A stretch of 62,271 nucleotides of DNA, counting the filler, from Platydemus manokwari (lineage: Eukaryota), in assembly GCA_037951405.1 (NCBI GenBank). It is 5 parts of 5 records of this genome, joined end to end, with 100 filler letters (N's around TTAATTAATTAA, not from the genome) between each part and the next. Parts side by side here need not be neighbours in the genome. Positions count along the whole stretch, not along the records: positions 1 to 13,419 come from JBBMOY011735842.1; 4 more parts are not named here. One strand, written 5' to 3'. Made by a program: the position numbers and the translations under genes. A model generated the notes under the pieces. That model did not search any database and was not told the DNA's origin. It worked only from the letters and a program-made list of their open reading frames with translations. Within the stretch, counting starts at the first letter, position 1. The number at the start of each line of letters is the position of its first letter. Shown one piece after another: positions 1 through 12,900 of the stretch.

Positions 1-3000
1 TTTTGCTCGTTTTCTAATAGTTGTAGCTCAGTTCTAGCTTGTTTTTAACTAGTTTTAGCTCAGTTTTAGCTCGTTTTAACCAGCTTTATTTCAGTTTTAG
101 CTAGATTTCAACTAGTTTTAGCTCAGTTTTACCTCGTTTTCAACTAGTTTTACCTCAGTATTAGTTCGGTTTCAGCTGGCTTTAGCCCATTTTTCGCTGG
201 TTTTTAGCTGGTTCTAGCTCAGTTTCTGGCTCGTTTTTAGATTTTTGCCCAGAATTCCGGGCGAAGAGAACTGGGACCCTATTTGTCCGTAGTGTTTCTA
301 GCTAGTTCTAAGCTAGATATAGATAACTGTAGCTAATTTACGCTCGTCTTTAACTAGTTTTAGCTAGGTTTTCGCTCGTTTTTAACTAATTTTAGCTCGT
401 TTTAGCTAGTGTTAACTCAGTTTTAGCTGGTTTTCAACTAGTTTTAACTCAGTTTTAACTGGTTTTCAACTATTTTATTTCAGTTTTAACTCGTTTTCAA
501 TAAGGTTTAGCTCAGTTTTAGCTGGTTTTCAACTAGTTTTAGCTCAGTTTTAGCTAGTTTTCAACTAGTTTTAGCTCAGTTTTAGCTCGTTTTCAACTAG
601 TTTTAGCTCGTTTTCCAAATAGTTTTGCCTCAGTATTAGTTCGGTTTCAGCTAGTTTTATCTCACTTTTAGCCCATATTCAGCTAGTTTTAGCTAAGTTT
701 AGCTCAATATTATCTCGTTTTTAGCTAGGTTTAGCTAGGTTTTAGCTCGATATCAGCTAGTTTTAGCTCAATTTTAGCTCGTTTTCAACTAGTTTTAGCT
801 CAGTTTTAACTTGTTTTCTACGAGTTTTATCTCAGATTTCGCTCATTTTCAACTAGTTTCAATTCAGTTTTATCTTGTTGTCAACTAGTTTTAGCTCAGT
901 TTTAGCTGGTTTTCAACTAATTTTAGCTCAGGTTTAGCTCGCTTTCAGCTAGTTTTAGCTCAATTTTAGCTAGATTTCAACTAGTTTTAGCTCAGGTTTA
1001 GCTCGTTTTCAGCTAGTTTTAGCTCAGTTTTAGCTAGATTTCAACTAGTTTTATCTCAGATTTTGCTCATTTTCAACTAGTTTTAGCTGAGGTTTAGCTC
1101 GTTTTCAGCTAGTTCTAGCTCAGTTTTAGCTCGTTTTCAGCTAGTTTTAGCTCACTTTTAGCTCGTTTTCAGTTAATTTTATCTCACTTTTAGCCTGTTT
1201 CACGCTAGTTTTAACTCAGTAGTCAACTGGCTCAATTTTTGCTCAGTTTCGCTCAATTTTAGCTCGTTTTTAGCTTGTTTTAGATCAGTTTTAGCTCGTT
1301 GTCAACTAGTTTTAGCTCAGTGTTTTTTTCGTTTTCAAGTAGTTTTAGCACAGTTTTATCTCGTTTTCAACTAGTTTTTACCTCAGTTTTAGCTCGTTTT
1401 CAACTAGTTTTTGCTCGTTTTCAACTAGTTCTAGCTCAGTTTAGCTATTTTTCAACTATTTTTACCTCAGTTTTAGCTCGTTTTAAAATAGTTTTAGCTC
1501 AGTTTTATCTCGTTTTCAACTAGTTTTGCCTCAGTATTAGTTCGGTTTCAGCTAGTTTTAGCTCACTTTTAACTCGTTTTCAGCTAGTTTTGTCTCACTT
1601 TTAGCTCGTTTTCAGCTAGTTTTAGCTCACTTTTAGCTCGTTTTCAGTTAGTTTTGTCTCACTTTTAGCCCGTTTAAAGTTAGTTTTAGCTCAGTTTTGG
1701 CAAAGTTTAGCTCAGTGTTAGCTCGTTTTTAGCTAGTTTTAGCTCAGTTTTAGCTGGTTTTCAACTAATTTTAGCTCTGGTTTAGCTCGTTTTCAGCTAA
1801 TTTTAGCTCAGTTTTAGGTAGATTTCAACTAGTTTTAGCTTAGGTTTAGCTCGTTGTTTAGCTAGTTTTAGCTCAGTAGTAGCTAAGTTTAGCTCAGTTT
1901 TTGCTCGTTTTCATCTAGTTTTAAAAAAGTTTTAGCTGGTTTTTAGCTAGATTTATCTAAGTTTTGCTCGTTTTTAGCTAGATTTATCTCCATTTTAACT
2001 CGTTTTCAGCTCGCTTTGCTCAGTTTTAGCACCTTTTCTACTAGTTTTATCTTAGTTTTTCCTCGTTTTTTTTACTAATTTTAGCTGAGTTTTAGCTCGT
2101 TTTCAACTAGCTGTAGCTTAAATTTAGTTCATTTTTAATTAGTTTTATCTTACTTTTAGCCCATTTTCGGCTAGTTTTAGCTCGTTTTAACTAGTTTTAA
2201 CTCAGTTTTAGCTCGATTTCAACTAGTTTTAGGAAGTTTTAGATCGTTTTCAGCTAGTTTCATCTCACTTTCAGCTCGTTTTCAGCTAGTTTTTGCTCAG
2301 TTTTAGCTAAGTTTAGCTCAGTTTTGGCTCGTTTTTAGCAAGATTTAGCTCTCTTTTTACTCGTTTTCAGCTAGTTTTTACCTCAGTTTTAGCTCGGTTT
2401 CAACTAGTTTTAGCTGATTTTTAACTCGTTTTCAGTTAACTTTAGCTCATTTTTATCTCGTTGTCAGCTAGTTTTAGCTCAATTTTTGCTCAGTTTACCT
2501 CAGTTTTAGCTCATTTTTAGCTAGTTTTAAATCAGTTTTAGCTGGTTGTCAACTAGTTGTAGTTCAGTTTTTGCTCCTTTTCAAATAGTTTTAGCTCAGC
2601 TTCAGCTCGTTTTCAACTAGTTTTAGCTCGTTTTCAATAGTTTTAGCTCACATTTAGCTCGTTTTCAGCTAGTTTTTAGCTACGTTATAGCTTGTTTTCA
2701 ACTAGTTTTAAATCACCTTTAGCTCGTTTTCAACTAGTTTTAGCTCATTTTTAGCTAGTGTAAATTTAGCTTTAGCCCACTTTTAGCTCGTTTTCAGCTA
2801 GCTTTAGCTCAGTTTTAGCTACGTTTAGCTCAGTTTTAGCTCGTTTTCAACTAGTTTTAGCTGGTTTTCAACTAGTATTAGCTCAGTTTTAGCTCGTGTT
2901 CAACTAGTTTTACCTCAGTTTTAATTTGTTTTCTACAAGTTTTATCTGAGATTTTGCTCATTTTCAACTAGTTTTAGCTCAGGTTTAGCTCGTTTTCAGC

Positions 3001-4767
3001 TAGTTGTACCACAGTTTTAGCTAGATTTCAACTAGTTTTAGCTCAGTTTTAGCTCGATTTCAACTAGTTTTAGCTCAGTTTTAACTTGTTTTCTACGAGT
3101 TTTATCTCAGATTTTGTTCATTTTCAACTAGTTTCAATTCAATTTTATCTTGTTGTCAACTAGTTTTAGCTCAGTTTTAGCTCTTTTTTAAATAGTTTTA
3201 GCTCAGGTTTAGCTCGTTTTCAGTTAGCTTTAGCTCAGTTTTAGCTAGATTTAAATTAGTTTTAACTCCGTTTTAGCTCGATTTCAACTAGTTTTAGCTC
3301 AGTTTTAACTTGTTTTCTAGGAGTTTTATCTCAGATTTTGCTCATTTTCAACTAGTTTCAATTCAATTTTATCTTGTTGTCAACTAGTTTTAGCACAGTT
3401 TTAGCTCATTTTTAACTAGTTTTAGCTCAGTTTTAGCTCGTTTTAACCAGCTTTAGCTCAGTTTACGCTTGCTTTCAACTAGTTTTAGCTCAGTTTTACC
3501 TCGTTTTCAGCTAATTTTAGCTAAGTTATATAGCTCGATTTCAACTAGCTTTAGCCCACTTTTCGCTGATTTTTAGCTGGTTGTAGCTCATTTTTTAGCT
3601 CGTTTTTAGATTTTTGCCCAGAATTCTGGGCGAAGAGAACTGGGAGGATATTTGTCAGTAGTGTTTCTGGCTAGTTCTAAGCTAGATTTAGATAACTGTA
3701 GCTAATTTACGCTCGTCTTTAACTAGTTTTAGCTAGGTGTTAGCTCGTTTTTAACTAGTTTTAGCTCAGTTTTAGCTCGTTTTAGCTAGTTTTAACTCAG
3801 TTTTAGCTGGTTTTCAACTAGTTTTAGCTCAGTTTTAGCTGGTTTTCAACGATTTTTACCTCAGTTTTGACTCGTTTTCAATTAGTTTTAGCTCAATTTT
3901 AGCTCATTTTCAACTAGTTTTAGCTCAGTTTTAGCTGGTTTTTAACTAGTTTTAGCTCAGTTTTAGCTCGTTTTCAACAGTTTAAGCTCGTTTTCAACTA
4001 GTTTTAGCTCAGTTTTAGCTCGTTTTCAACTAGTTTTACCTCAGTATTAGTTCGGTTTCAGCTAATTTTATCTCACTTTTAGCCAGTTTTTAGCTACTTT
4101 TAGCTAAGTTATAGCTCGATTTCAACTAGCTTTAGCCCGCTTTTCGCTGGTTTTTAGCTGGTTCCAGCTCAGTTTCTGGCTCGTTTTTAGATTTTCGCCC
4201 AGAATTCCGGGCGCAGAGAACTGGGAGGCTATTTGTCCGTAGTGTTTCTAGCTAGTTCTATGCTAGGTATAGATAACTGTAGCTTATTTACGCTCGTCTT
4301 TAACTAGTTTTAGCTAGGTTTTAGCTCGTTGTTAAGTAGTTTTAGCTCGTTTTAGCTAGTGTTAACTCAGTTTTAGCTAGTTTTCAACTAGTTTTAGCTC
4401 AGTTTTATCTCGTTTTAAACTAGTTTAAGCTCGTTTCCAACTAGTTTTAGCTCAGTTTTAGCTCGTTTTCAACTAGTTTTACCTCAGTATTACTTCGGTT
4501 TCAGCTAGTTTTATCTCACTTTTAGCCCGTTTTCAGCTAGATTTAGCTAAGTTTTGCTCAGTTTTAGCTCGTTTTTAGCTAGTTTTAGCTCAGTTGTAGC
4601 TCGATATCAGCTAGTTTTAGCTCAATTTTAGCTCGTTTTCAACTAGTTTTAGCTCAGTTTTAACTTCTTTTCTACGAGTTTTATCTCAGATTTCGCTCAT
4701 TTTCAACTAGTTTCAATTCAGTTTTATCTTGTTGTCAACTAGTTTTAGCTCAGTTTTAGCTCTTTTT
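1..4767. repeat. Higher-order repeat copy 1 (5192-bp period; 5' end cut by window edge)
   Basis: Matches 5193-9959 at a constant offset of 5192 at every position spot-checked (identical ORFs at 1299/6491; islands at 247/5439, 3616/8808, 4197/9389). Confidence 0.92.
3609..3670. other. GC-rich palindromic island within the satellite (six copies; palindrome cores start at 247, 3616, 4197, 5439, 8808, 9389)
   Basis: GCCCAGAATTCTGGGC at 3616-3631 and 8808-8823 is a perfect 16-bp palindrome; the other copies have one mismatch. It is followed by GAAGAGAACTGGGA...TATTTGTC.GTAGTG, which does not fit the satellite monomer. Confidence 0.9.
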
Positions 4768-5192
4768 TAAAATAGTTTTAGCTCAGGTTTAGCTCGTTTA
4801 CAGTTAGCTTTAGCTCAGTTTTAGCTAGATTTCAACTAGTTTTAGCTCATTTTTAGCTCGATTTCAACTAGTTTTAGCACTGTTTTAGAACGTTTTTATC
4901 TAGTTTTAGCTCAGTTTTAGCTCGCTTTTAATTAGTTTTAGCTCAGCTTTAGCTCGTTTTTAGCTAGTTATAGGTCAGTTTTAGCTAAGTTTAGCTCAGT
5001 TTTTGCTCGTTTTCATCTAGTTTTAGCTCAGTTTTAGCTCGATTTTAGCTAGTTTAAGTTCAATTTTAGCTCGTTTTCAACTAGTTTTAGCTCAGTTTTA
5101 ACTTGTCTTCTACGAGTTTTATCTCAGATGTTGCTCATTTTTAACTAGTTTCAATTCAGTTTTATCTTGTTGTCAACTAACTTCCACTAAAT

Positions 5193-8100
5193 TTTTGCTC
5201 GTTTTCTAATAGTTGTAGCTCAGTTCTAGCTTGTTTTTAACTAGTTTTAGCTCAGTTTTAGCTCGTTTTAACCAGCTTTATTTCAGTTTTAGCTAGATTT
5301 CAACTAGTTTTAGCTCAGTTTTACCTCGTTTTCAACTAGTTTTACCTCAGTATTAGTTCGGTTTCAGCTGGCTTTAGCCCATTTTTCGCTGGTTTTTAGC
5401 TGGTTCTAGCTCAGTTTCTGGCTCGTTTTTAGATTTTTGCCCAGAATTCCGGGCGAAGAGAACTGGGACCCTATTTGTCCGTAGTGTTTCTAGCTAGTTC
5501 TAAGCTAGATATAGATAACTGTAGCTAATTTACGCTCGTCTTTAACTAGTTTTAGCTAGGTTTTCGCTCGTTTTTAACTAATTTTAGCTCGTTTTAGCTA
5601 GTGTTAACTCAGTTTTAGCTGGTTTTCAACTAGTTTTAACTCAGTTTTAACTGGTTTTCAACTATTTTATTTCAGTTTTAACTCGTTTTCAATAAGGTTT
5701 AGCTCAGTTTTAGCTGGTTTTCAACTAGTTTTAGCTCAGTTTTAGCTAGTTTTCAACTAGTTTTAGCTCAGTTTTAGCTCGTTTTCAACTAGTTTTAGCT
5801 CGTTTTCCAAATAGTTTTGCCTCAGTATTAGTTCGGTTTCAGCTAGTTTTATCTCACTTTTAGCCCATATTCAGCTAGTTTTAGCTAAGTTTAGCTCAAT
5901 ATTATCTCGTTTTTAGCTAGGTTTAGCTAGGTTTTAGCTCGATATCAGCTAGTTTTAGCTCAATTTTAGCTCGTTTTCAACTAGTTTTAGCTCAGTTTTA
6001 ACTTGTTTTCTACGAGTTTTATCTCAGATTTCGCTCATTTTCAACTAGTTTCAATTCAGTTTTATCTTGTTGTCAACTAGTTTTAGCTCAGTTTTAGCTG
6101 GTTTTCAACTAATTTTAGCTCAGGTTTAGCTCGCTTTCAGCTAGTTTTAGCTCAATTTTAGCTAGATTTCAACTAGTTTTAGCTCAGGTTTAGCTCGTTT
6201 TCAGCTAGTTTTAGCTCAGTTTTAGCTAGATTTCAACTAGTTTTATCTCAGATTTTGCTCATTTTCAACTAGTTTTAGCTGAGGTTTAGCTCGTTTTCAG
6301 CTAGTTCTAGCTCAGTTTTAGCTCGTTTTCAGCTAGTTTTAGCTCACTTTTAGCTCGTTTTCAGTTAATTTTATCTCACTTTTAGCCTGTTTCACGCTAG
6401 TTTTAACTCAGTAGTCAACTGGCTCAATTTTTGCTCAGTTTCGCTCAATTTTAGCTCGTTTTTAGCTTGTTTTAGATCAGTTTTAGCTCGTTGTCAACTA
6501 GTTTTAGCTCAGTGTTTTTTTCGTTTTCAAGTAGTTTTAGCACAGTTTTATCTCGTTTTCAACTAGTTTTTACCTCAGTTTTAGCTCGTTTTCAACTAGT
6601 TTTTGCTCGTTTTCAACTAGTTCTAGCTCAGTTTAGCTATTTTTCAACTATTTTTACCTCAGTTTTAGCTCGTTTTAAAATAGTTTTAGCTCAGTTTTAT
6701 CTCGTTTTCAACTAGTTTTGCCTCAGTATTAGTTCGGTTTCAGCTAGTTTTAGCTCACTTTTAACTCGTTTTCAGCTAGTTTTGTCTCACTTTTAGCTCG
6801 TTTTCAGCTAGTTTTAGCTCACTTTTAGCTCGTTTTCAGTTAGTTTTGTCTCACTTTTAGCCCGTTTAAAGTTAGTTTTAGCTCAGTTTTGGCAAAGTTT
6901 AGCTCAGTGTTAGCTCGTTTTTAGCTAGTTTTAGCTCAGTTTTAGCTGGTTTTCAACTAATTTTAGCTCTGGTTTAGCTCGTTTTCAGCTAATTTTAGCT
7001 CAGTTTTAGGTAGATTTCAACTAGTTTTAGCTTAGGTTTAGCTCGTTGTTTAGCTAGTTTTAGCTCAGTAGTAGCTAAGTTTAGCTCAGTTTTTGCTCGT
7101 TTTCATCTAGTTTTAAAAAAGTTTTAGCTGGTTTTTAGCTAGATTTATCTAAGTTTTGCTCGTTTTTAGCTAGATTTATCTCCATTTTAACTCGTTTTCA
7201 GCTCGCTTTGCTCAGTTTTAGCACCTTTTCTACTAGTTTTATCTTAGTTTTTCCTCGTTTTTTTTACTAATTTTAGCTGAGTTTTAGCTCGTTTTCAACT
7301 AGCTGTAGCTTAAATTTAGTTCATTTTTAATTAGTTTTATCTTACTTTTAGCCCATTTTCGGCTAGTTTTAGCTCGTTTTAACTAGTTTTAACTCAGTTT
7401 TAGCTCGATTTCAACTAGTTTTAGGAAGTTTTAGATCGTTTTCAGCTAGTTTCATCTCACTTTCAGCTCGTTTTCAGCTAGTTTTTGCTCAGTTTTAGCT
7501 AAGTTTAGCTCAGTTTTGGCTCGTTTTTAGCAAGATTTAGCTCTCTTTTTACTCGTTTTCAGCTAGTTTTTACCTCAGTTTTAGCTCGGTTTCAACTAGT
7601 TTTAGCTGATTTTTAACTCGTTTTCAGTTAACTTTAGCTCATTTTTATCTCGTTGTCAGCTAGTTTTAGCTCAATTTTTGCTCAGTTTACCTCAGTTTTA
7701 GCTCATTTTTAGCTAGTTTTAAATCAGTTTTAGCTGGTTGTCAACTAGTTGTAGTTCAGTTTTTGCTCCTTTTCAAATAGTTTTAGCTCAGCTTCAGCTC
7801 GTTTTCAACTAGTTTTAGCTCGTTTTCAATAGTTTTAGCTCACATTTAGCTCGTTTTCAGCTAGTTTTTAGCTACGTTATAGCTTGTTTTCAACTAGTTT
7901 TAAATCACCTTTAGCTCGTTTTCAACTAGTTTTAGCTCATTTTTAGCTAGTGTAAATTTAGCTTTAGCCCACTTTTAGCTCGTTTTCAGCTAGCTTTAGC
8001 TCAGTTTTAGCTACGTTTAGCTCAGTTTTAGCTCGTTTTCAACTAGTTTTAGCTGGTTTTCAACTAGTATTAGCTCAGTTTTAGCTCGTGTTCAACTAGT

Positions 8101-9959
8101 TTTACCTCAGTTTTAATTTGTTTTCTACAAGTTTTATCTGAGATTTTGCTCATTTTCAACTAGTTTTAGCTCAGGTTTAGCTCGTTTTCAGCTAGTTGTA
8201 CCACAGTTTTAGCTAGATTTCAACTAGTTTTAGCTCAGTTTTAGCTCGATTTCAACTAGTTTTAGCTCAGTTTTAACTTGTTTTCTACGAGTTTTATCTC
8301 AGATTTTGTTCATTTTCAACTAGTTTCAATTCAATTTTATCTTGTTGTCAACTAGTTTTAGCTCAGTTTTAGCTCTTTTTTAAATAGTTTTAGCTCAGGT
8401 TTAGCTCGTTTTCAGTTAGCTTTAGCTCAGTTTTAGCTAGATTTAAATTAGTTTTAACTCCGTTTTAGCTCGATTTCAACTAGTTTTAGCTCAGTTTTAA
8501 CTTGTTTTCTAGGAGTTTTATCTCAGATTTTGCTCATTTTCAACTAGTTTCAATTCAATTTTATCTTGTTGTCAACTAGTTTTAGCACAGTTTTAGCTCA
8601 TTTTTAACTAGTTTTAGCTCAGTTTTAGCTCGTTTTAACCAGCTTTAGCTCAGTTTACGCTTGCTTTCAACTAGTTTTAGCTCAGTTTTACCTCGTTTTC
8701 AGCTAATTTTAGCTAAGTTATATAGCTCGATTTCAACTAGCTTTAGCCCACTTTTCGCTGATTTTTAGCTGGTTGTAGCTCATTTTTTAGCTCGTTTTTA
8801 GATTTTTGCCCAGAATTCTGGGCGAAGAGAACTGGGAGGATATTTGTCAGTAGTGTTTCTGGCTAGTTCTAAGCTAGATTTAGATAACTGTAGCTAATTT
8901 ACGCTCGTCTTTAACTAGTTTTAGCTAGGTGTTAGCTCGTTTTTAACTAGTTTTAGCTCAGTTTTAGCTCGTTTTAGCTAGTTTTAACTCAGTTTTAGCT
9001 GGTTTTCAACTAGTTTTAGCTCAGTTTTAGCTGGTTTTCAACGATTTTTACCTCAGTTTTGACTCGTTTTCAATTAGTTTTAGCTCAATTTTAGCTCATT
9101 TTCAACTAGTTTTAGCTCAGTTTTAGCTGGTTTTTAACTAGTTTTAGCTCAGTTTTAGCTCGTTTTCAACAGTTTAAGCTCGTTTTCAACTAGTTTTAGC
9201 TCAGTTTTAGCTCGTTTTCAACTAGTTTTACCTCAGTATTAGTTCGGTTTCAGCTAATTTTATCTCACTTTTAGCCAGTTTTTAGCTACTTTTAGCTAAG
9301 TTATAGCTCGATTTCAACTAGCTTTAGCCCGCTTTTCGCTGGTTTTTAGCTGGTTCCAGCTCAGTTTCTGGCTCGTTTTTAGATTTTCGCCCAGAATTCC
9401 GGGCGCAGAGAACTGGGAGGCTATTTGTCCGTAGTGTTTCTAGCTAGTTCTATGCTAGGTATAGATAACTGTAGCTTATTTACGCTCGTCTTTAACTAGT
9501 TTTAGCTAGGTTTTAGCTCGTTGTTAAGTAGTTTTAGCTCGTTTTAGCTAGTGTTAACTCAGTTTTAGCTAGTTTTCAACTAGTTTTAGCTCAGTTTTAT
9601 CTCGTTTTAAACTAGTTTAAGCTCGTTTCCAACTAGTTTTAGCTCAGTTTTAGCTCGTTTTCAACTAGTTTTACCTCAGTATTACTTCGGTTTCAGCTAG
9701 TTTTATCTCACTTTTAGCCCGTTTTCAGCTAGATTTAGCTAAGTTTTGCTCAGTTTTAGCTCGTTTTTAGCTAGTTTTAGCTCAGTTGTAGCTCGATATC
9801 AGCTAGTTTTAGCTCAATTTTAGCTCGTTTTCAACTAGTTTTAGCTCAGTTTTAACTTCTTTTCTACGAGTTTTATCTCAGATTTCGCTCATTTTCAACT
9901 AGTTTCAATTCAGTTTTATCTTGTTGTCAACTAGTTTTAGCTCAGTTTTAGCTCTTTTT
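5193..9959. repeat. Higher-order repeat copy 2
   Basis: Same sequence as 1-4767. The first difference seen is a T6 vs T5 run at 4763/9955, and similarity to copy 1 breaks down about 20 bp later. Confidence 0.92.
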
Positions 9960-12900
9960 AAAATAGTTTTAGCTCAGGTTTTGCTCATTTTCAATTAGTT
10001 TTAGCTCAGTTTTAGCTCGTTTTCGGCATGTTTTACCAAAGTTTTAGCTCAGTTTTAGCTCGTTTTCAACTAGTTTTAACTCAGTTTTAGCTTATTTTCT
10101 GCTAGATTATACTCAGTTTTGTTCGTTTTTAGCTAGATTTTGCTCAGTTTTTGCTCGTTTTTGGCTAGTTTTAGCTCTGTTTTAGCTGGTTATCAACTAG
10201 TTTTAGCTCATTTTCAACTAGATTTAGCTCAGTTTTAGCTCGTTTTCAACTAGTTTTACCTCAGTATTAGTTCGGTTTCAGCTAGTTTTATCTCACTTTT
10301 AGCCCGTTTTCAGCTAGTTTTAGCTCAGTTTAGCTCAGTTTTAGCTAGCTTTCAGCTAGTTTTAACTCGGTTTAGCTCAGTTTTAGCTCGTTTTCAACTA
10401 GGTTTAGCTCAGTTTTAGCTCTTTTTTAAATAATTTAAACTCAGATTTAGCTCGTTTTCAGCTAGTTTTAGCTGTTTTAGCTTGATTTCAACTAGTTTTA
10501 GCTCAGTTCTAGCTCGATTTCAACTAGTTTTAGCACAGTTTTAGCTCGTTTTTAACTAGTTTTAGCTCAGTTTTAGCTCGGTTTCAGTTAATTTTAGCTG
10601 ATTTTTAACTTGTTTTCAGCTAATTTTAGCTCACTTTTAACTCGTTTTCAGCTAGTTTTACCTCACTTTTAACTCGGTTTCAGTTAGTTTTATCTCACTT
10701 TAAGCCCGTTTTCAGCTAGTTTTCGGTCAGTTTTAGCTAAGTTTAGCTCAGTTTTAGCTCGATTTTTAGCTAGCTTTAGCTCAATTTTAGCTCGTTTTCA
10801 GCTAGTTTTAGCTCAGTTTTAACTTGTTTTCTACGAGTTTTATCTCAGATTTTGCTCATTTTCATCTAGTTTCAATTCAGTTTTATTTTGTTGTCAACTA
10901 GTTTTAGCTCAGTTTTAGCTCGCTTTCAATTAGTTTTAGGTCATCTTTAGCTCGTTTTAGCTAGTTTTAGCACAGTTTTAGCTAAGTTTAGCTCAGTTTT
11001 ATCTCGTTTTAGCTAGTTTAATCTCAATTTTAGCTCGATTTCAACTAGTTTTAGCTCAGTTGTAACTTGTTTTCTACGAGTTTTATCTCAGATTTTGCTC
11101 ATTTTCAACTAGTTTCAATTCAGTTTTATTTTGTTGTCAACTAGTTTTAGCTCACTTTTAGCTCGTTTTAGCTCAGTTTTAGCTCAGTTTTAGCTCGATT
11201 TCAACTAGTTTTACCAAAGTTTTAGCTCGTTTTTAACTAGTTTTAGCTCAATTTTAGCTCGCTTACAATTAGTTTTAGCTCAGCTTTAGCTCGTTTTTTA
11301 GTCAGGTTTAGCTCTGTTTTATTCGTTTTTAGCTAGGTTTAGCTCAGTTTTTGCTCCTTTTTGGCTAGTTTTAGCTCAGTTTTAGCTGGTTTTCAACTAT
11401 TTTTACCTCAGTTTTGGCTGGTTTTCAATTAATTTTAGCTTAGTTTAAGCTCGTTTTCAACTAATTTTAACTCAGTTTTAGCTCGCTTTAAACTAGTTTT
11501 ATCTCAGTTTTAGCTCGTTTTCAACTAATTTTAACTCGTTTTCATCTAGTTTTAGCCTAGTTTTAGCGGATTTTTAACTCGTTTTCAGCTACTTTTAGCT
11601 CACTTTTAACTCGTTTTCAGCTAGTTTTAGCTCACTTTTAGCTCGGTTTCAGTTAGTTTTATCTCACTTTAAGCCCGTTTTCAGCTAGTTTTCGGTCAGT
11701 TTTAGCTAAGTTTAGCTCAGTTTTAGCTCGTTTTTAGGTAGTTTTAGCTCAGTTTTAGCTCGATTTTTAGCTAGTTTCAGCTCAATTTTAGCTCGTTTTC
11801 AGCTAGTTTTAGCTCAGTTTTAACTTGTTTTCTACGAGTTTTGTCTCAGATTTGTCTCATTTTCAACTAGTTTCAATTCAGTTTTATCTTGCTGTCAATT
11901 AGTTTTAGCTCAGTTTTAGCTCTTTTTAAAATCGTTTTAGCTCAGGTTTAGCTGATTTTCAATTAGTTTTAGCTCAATTTTAGCTCGTTTTCAGCATGTT
12001 TTACCTAAGTTTAGCTCAGTTTAAGCTCGTTTTCAACTAGTTTTAACTTAGTTTTAGCTCGTTTTCAACTAGTTTTAGCTTAGTTTTAGCTCGTTTTCAA
12101 CTAGTTTTAACTCGTTTTCAAATGGTTTTAGCTCAGTTTTAGCTCGTTTTCAACAAGTTTTAGCTAAGTTTTAGCTCGTTTTCAACAAGTTATAGCTCAG
12201 TTTTAACTCGTTTTAACTAGTTTTCCTCAGTTTTAGCTCGGTTTCAGCTTGTTTTAGCGGATTTTTAGCACGTTTTCAGATAATTTTAGCTCACTTTTAA
12301 CTCGTTTTCAGCTAGTTTTAGCTCACTTTTAGCTCGGTTTCAGTTAATTTTATCTCACTTTAAGCCCGTTTTCAGCTAGTTTTCGGTCAGTTTTGCTAAT
12401 TTTATCTCAGTTTTAGCTCGTTTTTAGCTAGTTTTAGCTCGATTTTTAGCTAGTTTCAGCTCAATTTTAGCTCGTTTACAGCTATGTTTAGCTCAGTTTT
12501 AACTTGTTTTCTACGAGTTTTATCTCAGATTTTGCTCATTTTCAACTAGTTTCAATTCAGTTTTATCTTGTTGTCAACTAGTTTTAGCTAAATTTTAGCA
12601 CTTTTTAAAAATAGTTTTAGCTCATGTGGCTCGTTTTCAACTAGTTTTAGCTCAGTTTTAGCTCGATTTCAACTAGTTTTAGTTCAGTTGTAGCTCGTTT
12701 TTAGCTATATTTCCCTCAGTTTTGCTCGTTTTAGCTAGATTTAGTTCAATTTTAGCTCGTTTTTAACTAATTTTAACTCAGTTTTACCTCGTTTTCAACT
12801 AGTTTTAGCTGGTTTTCAACTATTTTTACCTCAGCTTTAACTCGTTTTCAAATAGTTTTATCTCAGTTTTAGCTCGTTTTCGCCTAGCTGTAGCTTAGTT

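Noticed and set aside
4190-4245. CENP-B box or hammerhead ribozyme in the satellite island
   Set aside because: TTCG and CGGG are 10 nt apart rather than 7. No CTGANGA...GAAA core in the right order on either strand, despite a CAAATA-containing small hairpin in one variant.
1299-6715. Identical 74-aa ORFs at 1299-1523 and 6491-6715
   Set aside because: Chance open frames in the T-rich satellite with TTG starts, duplicated only because of the HOR.
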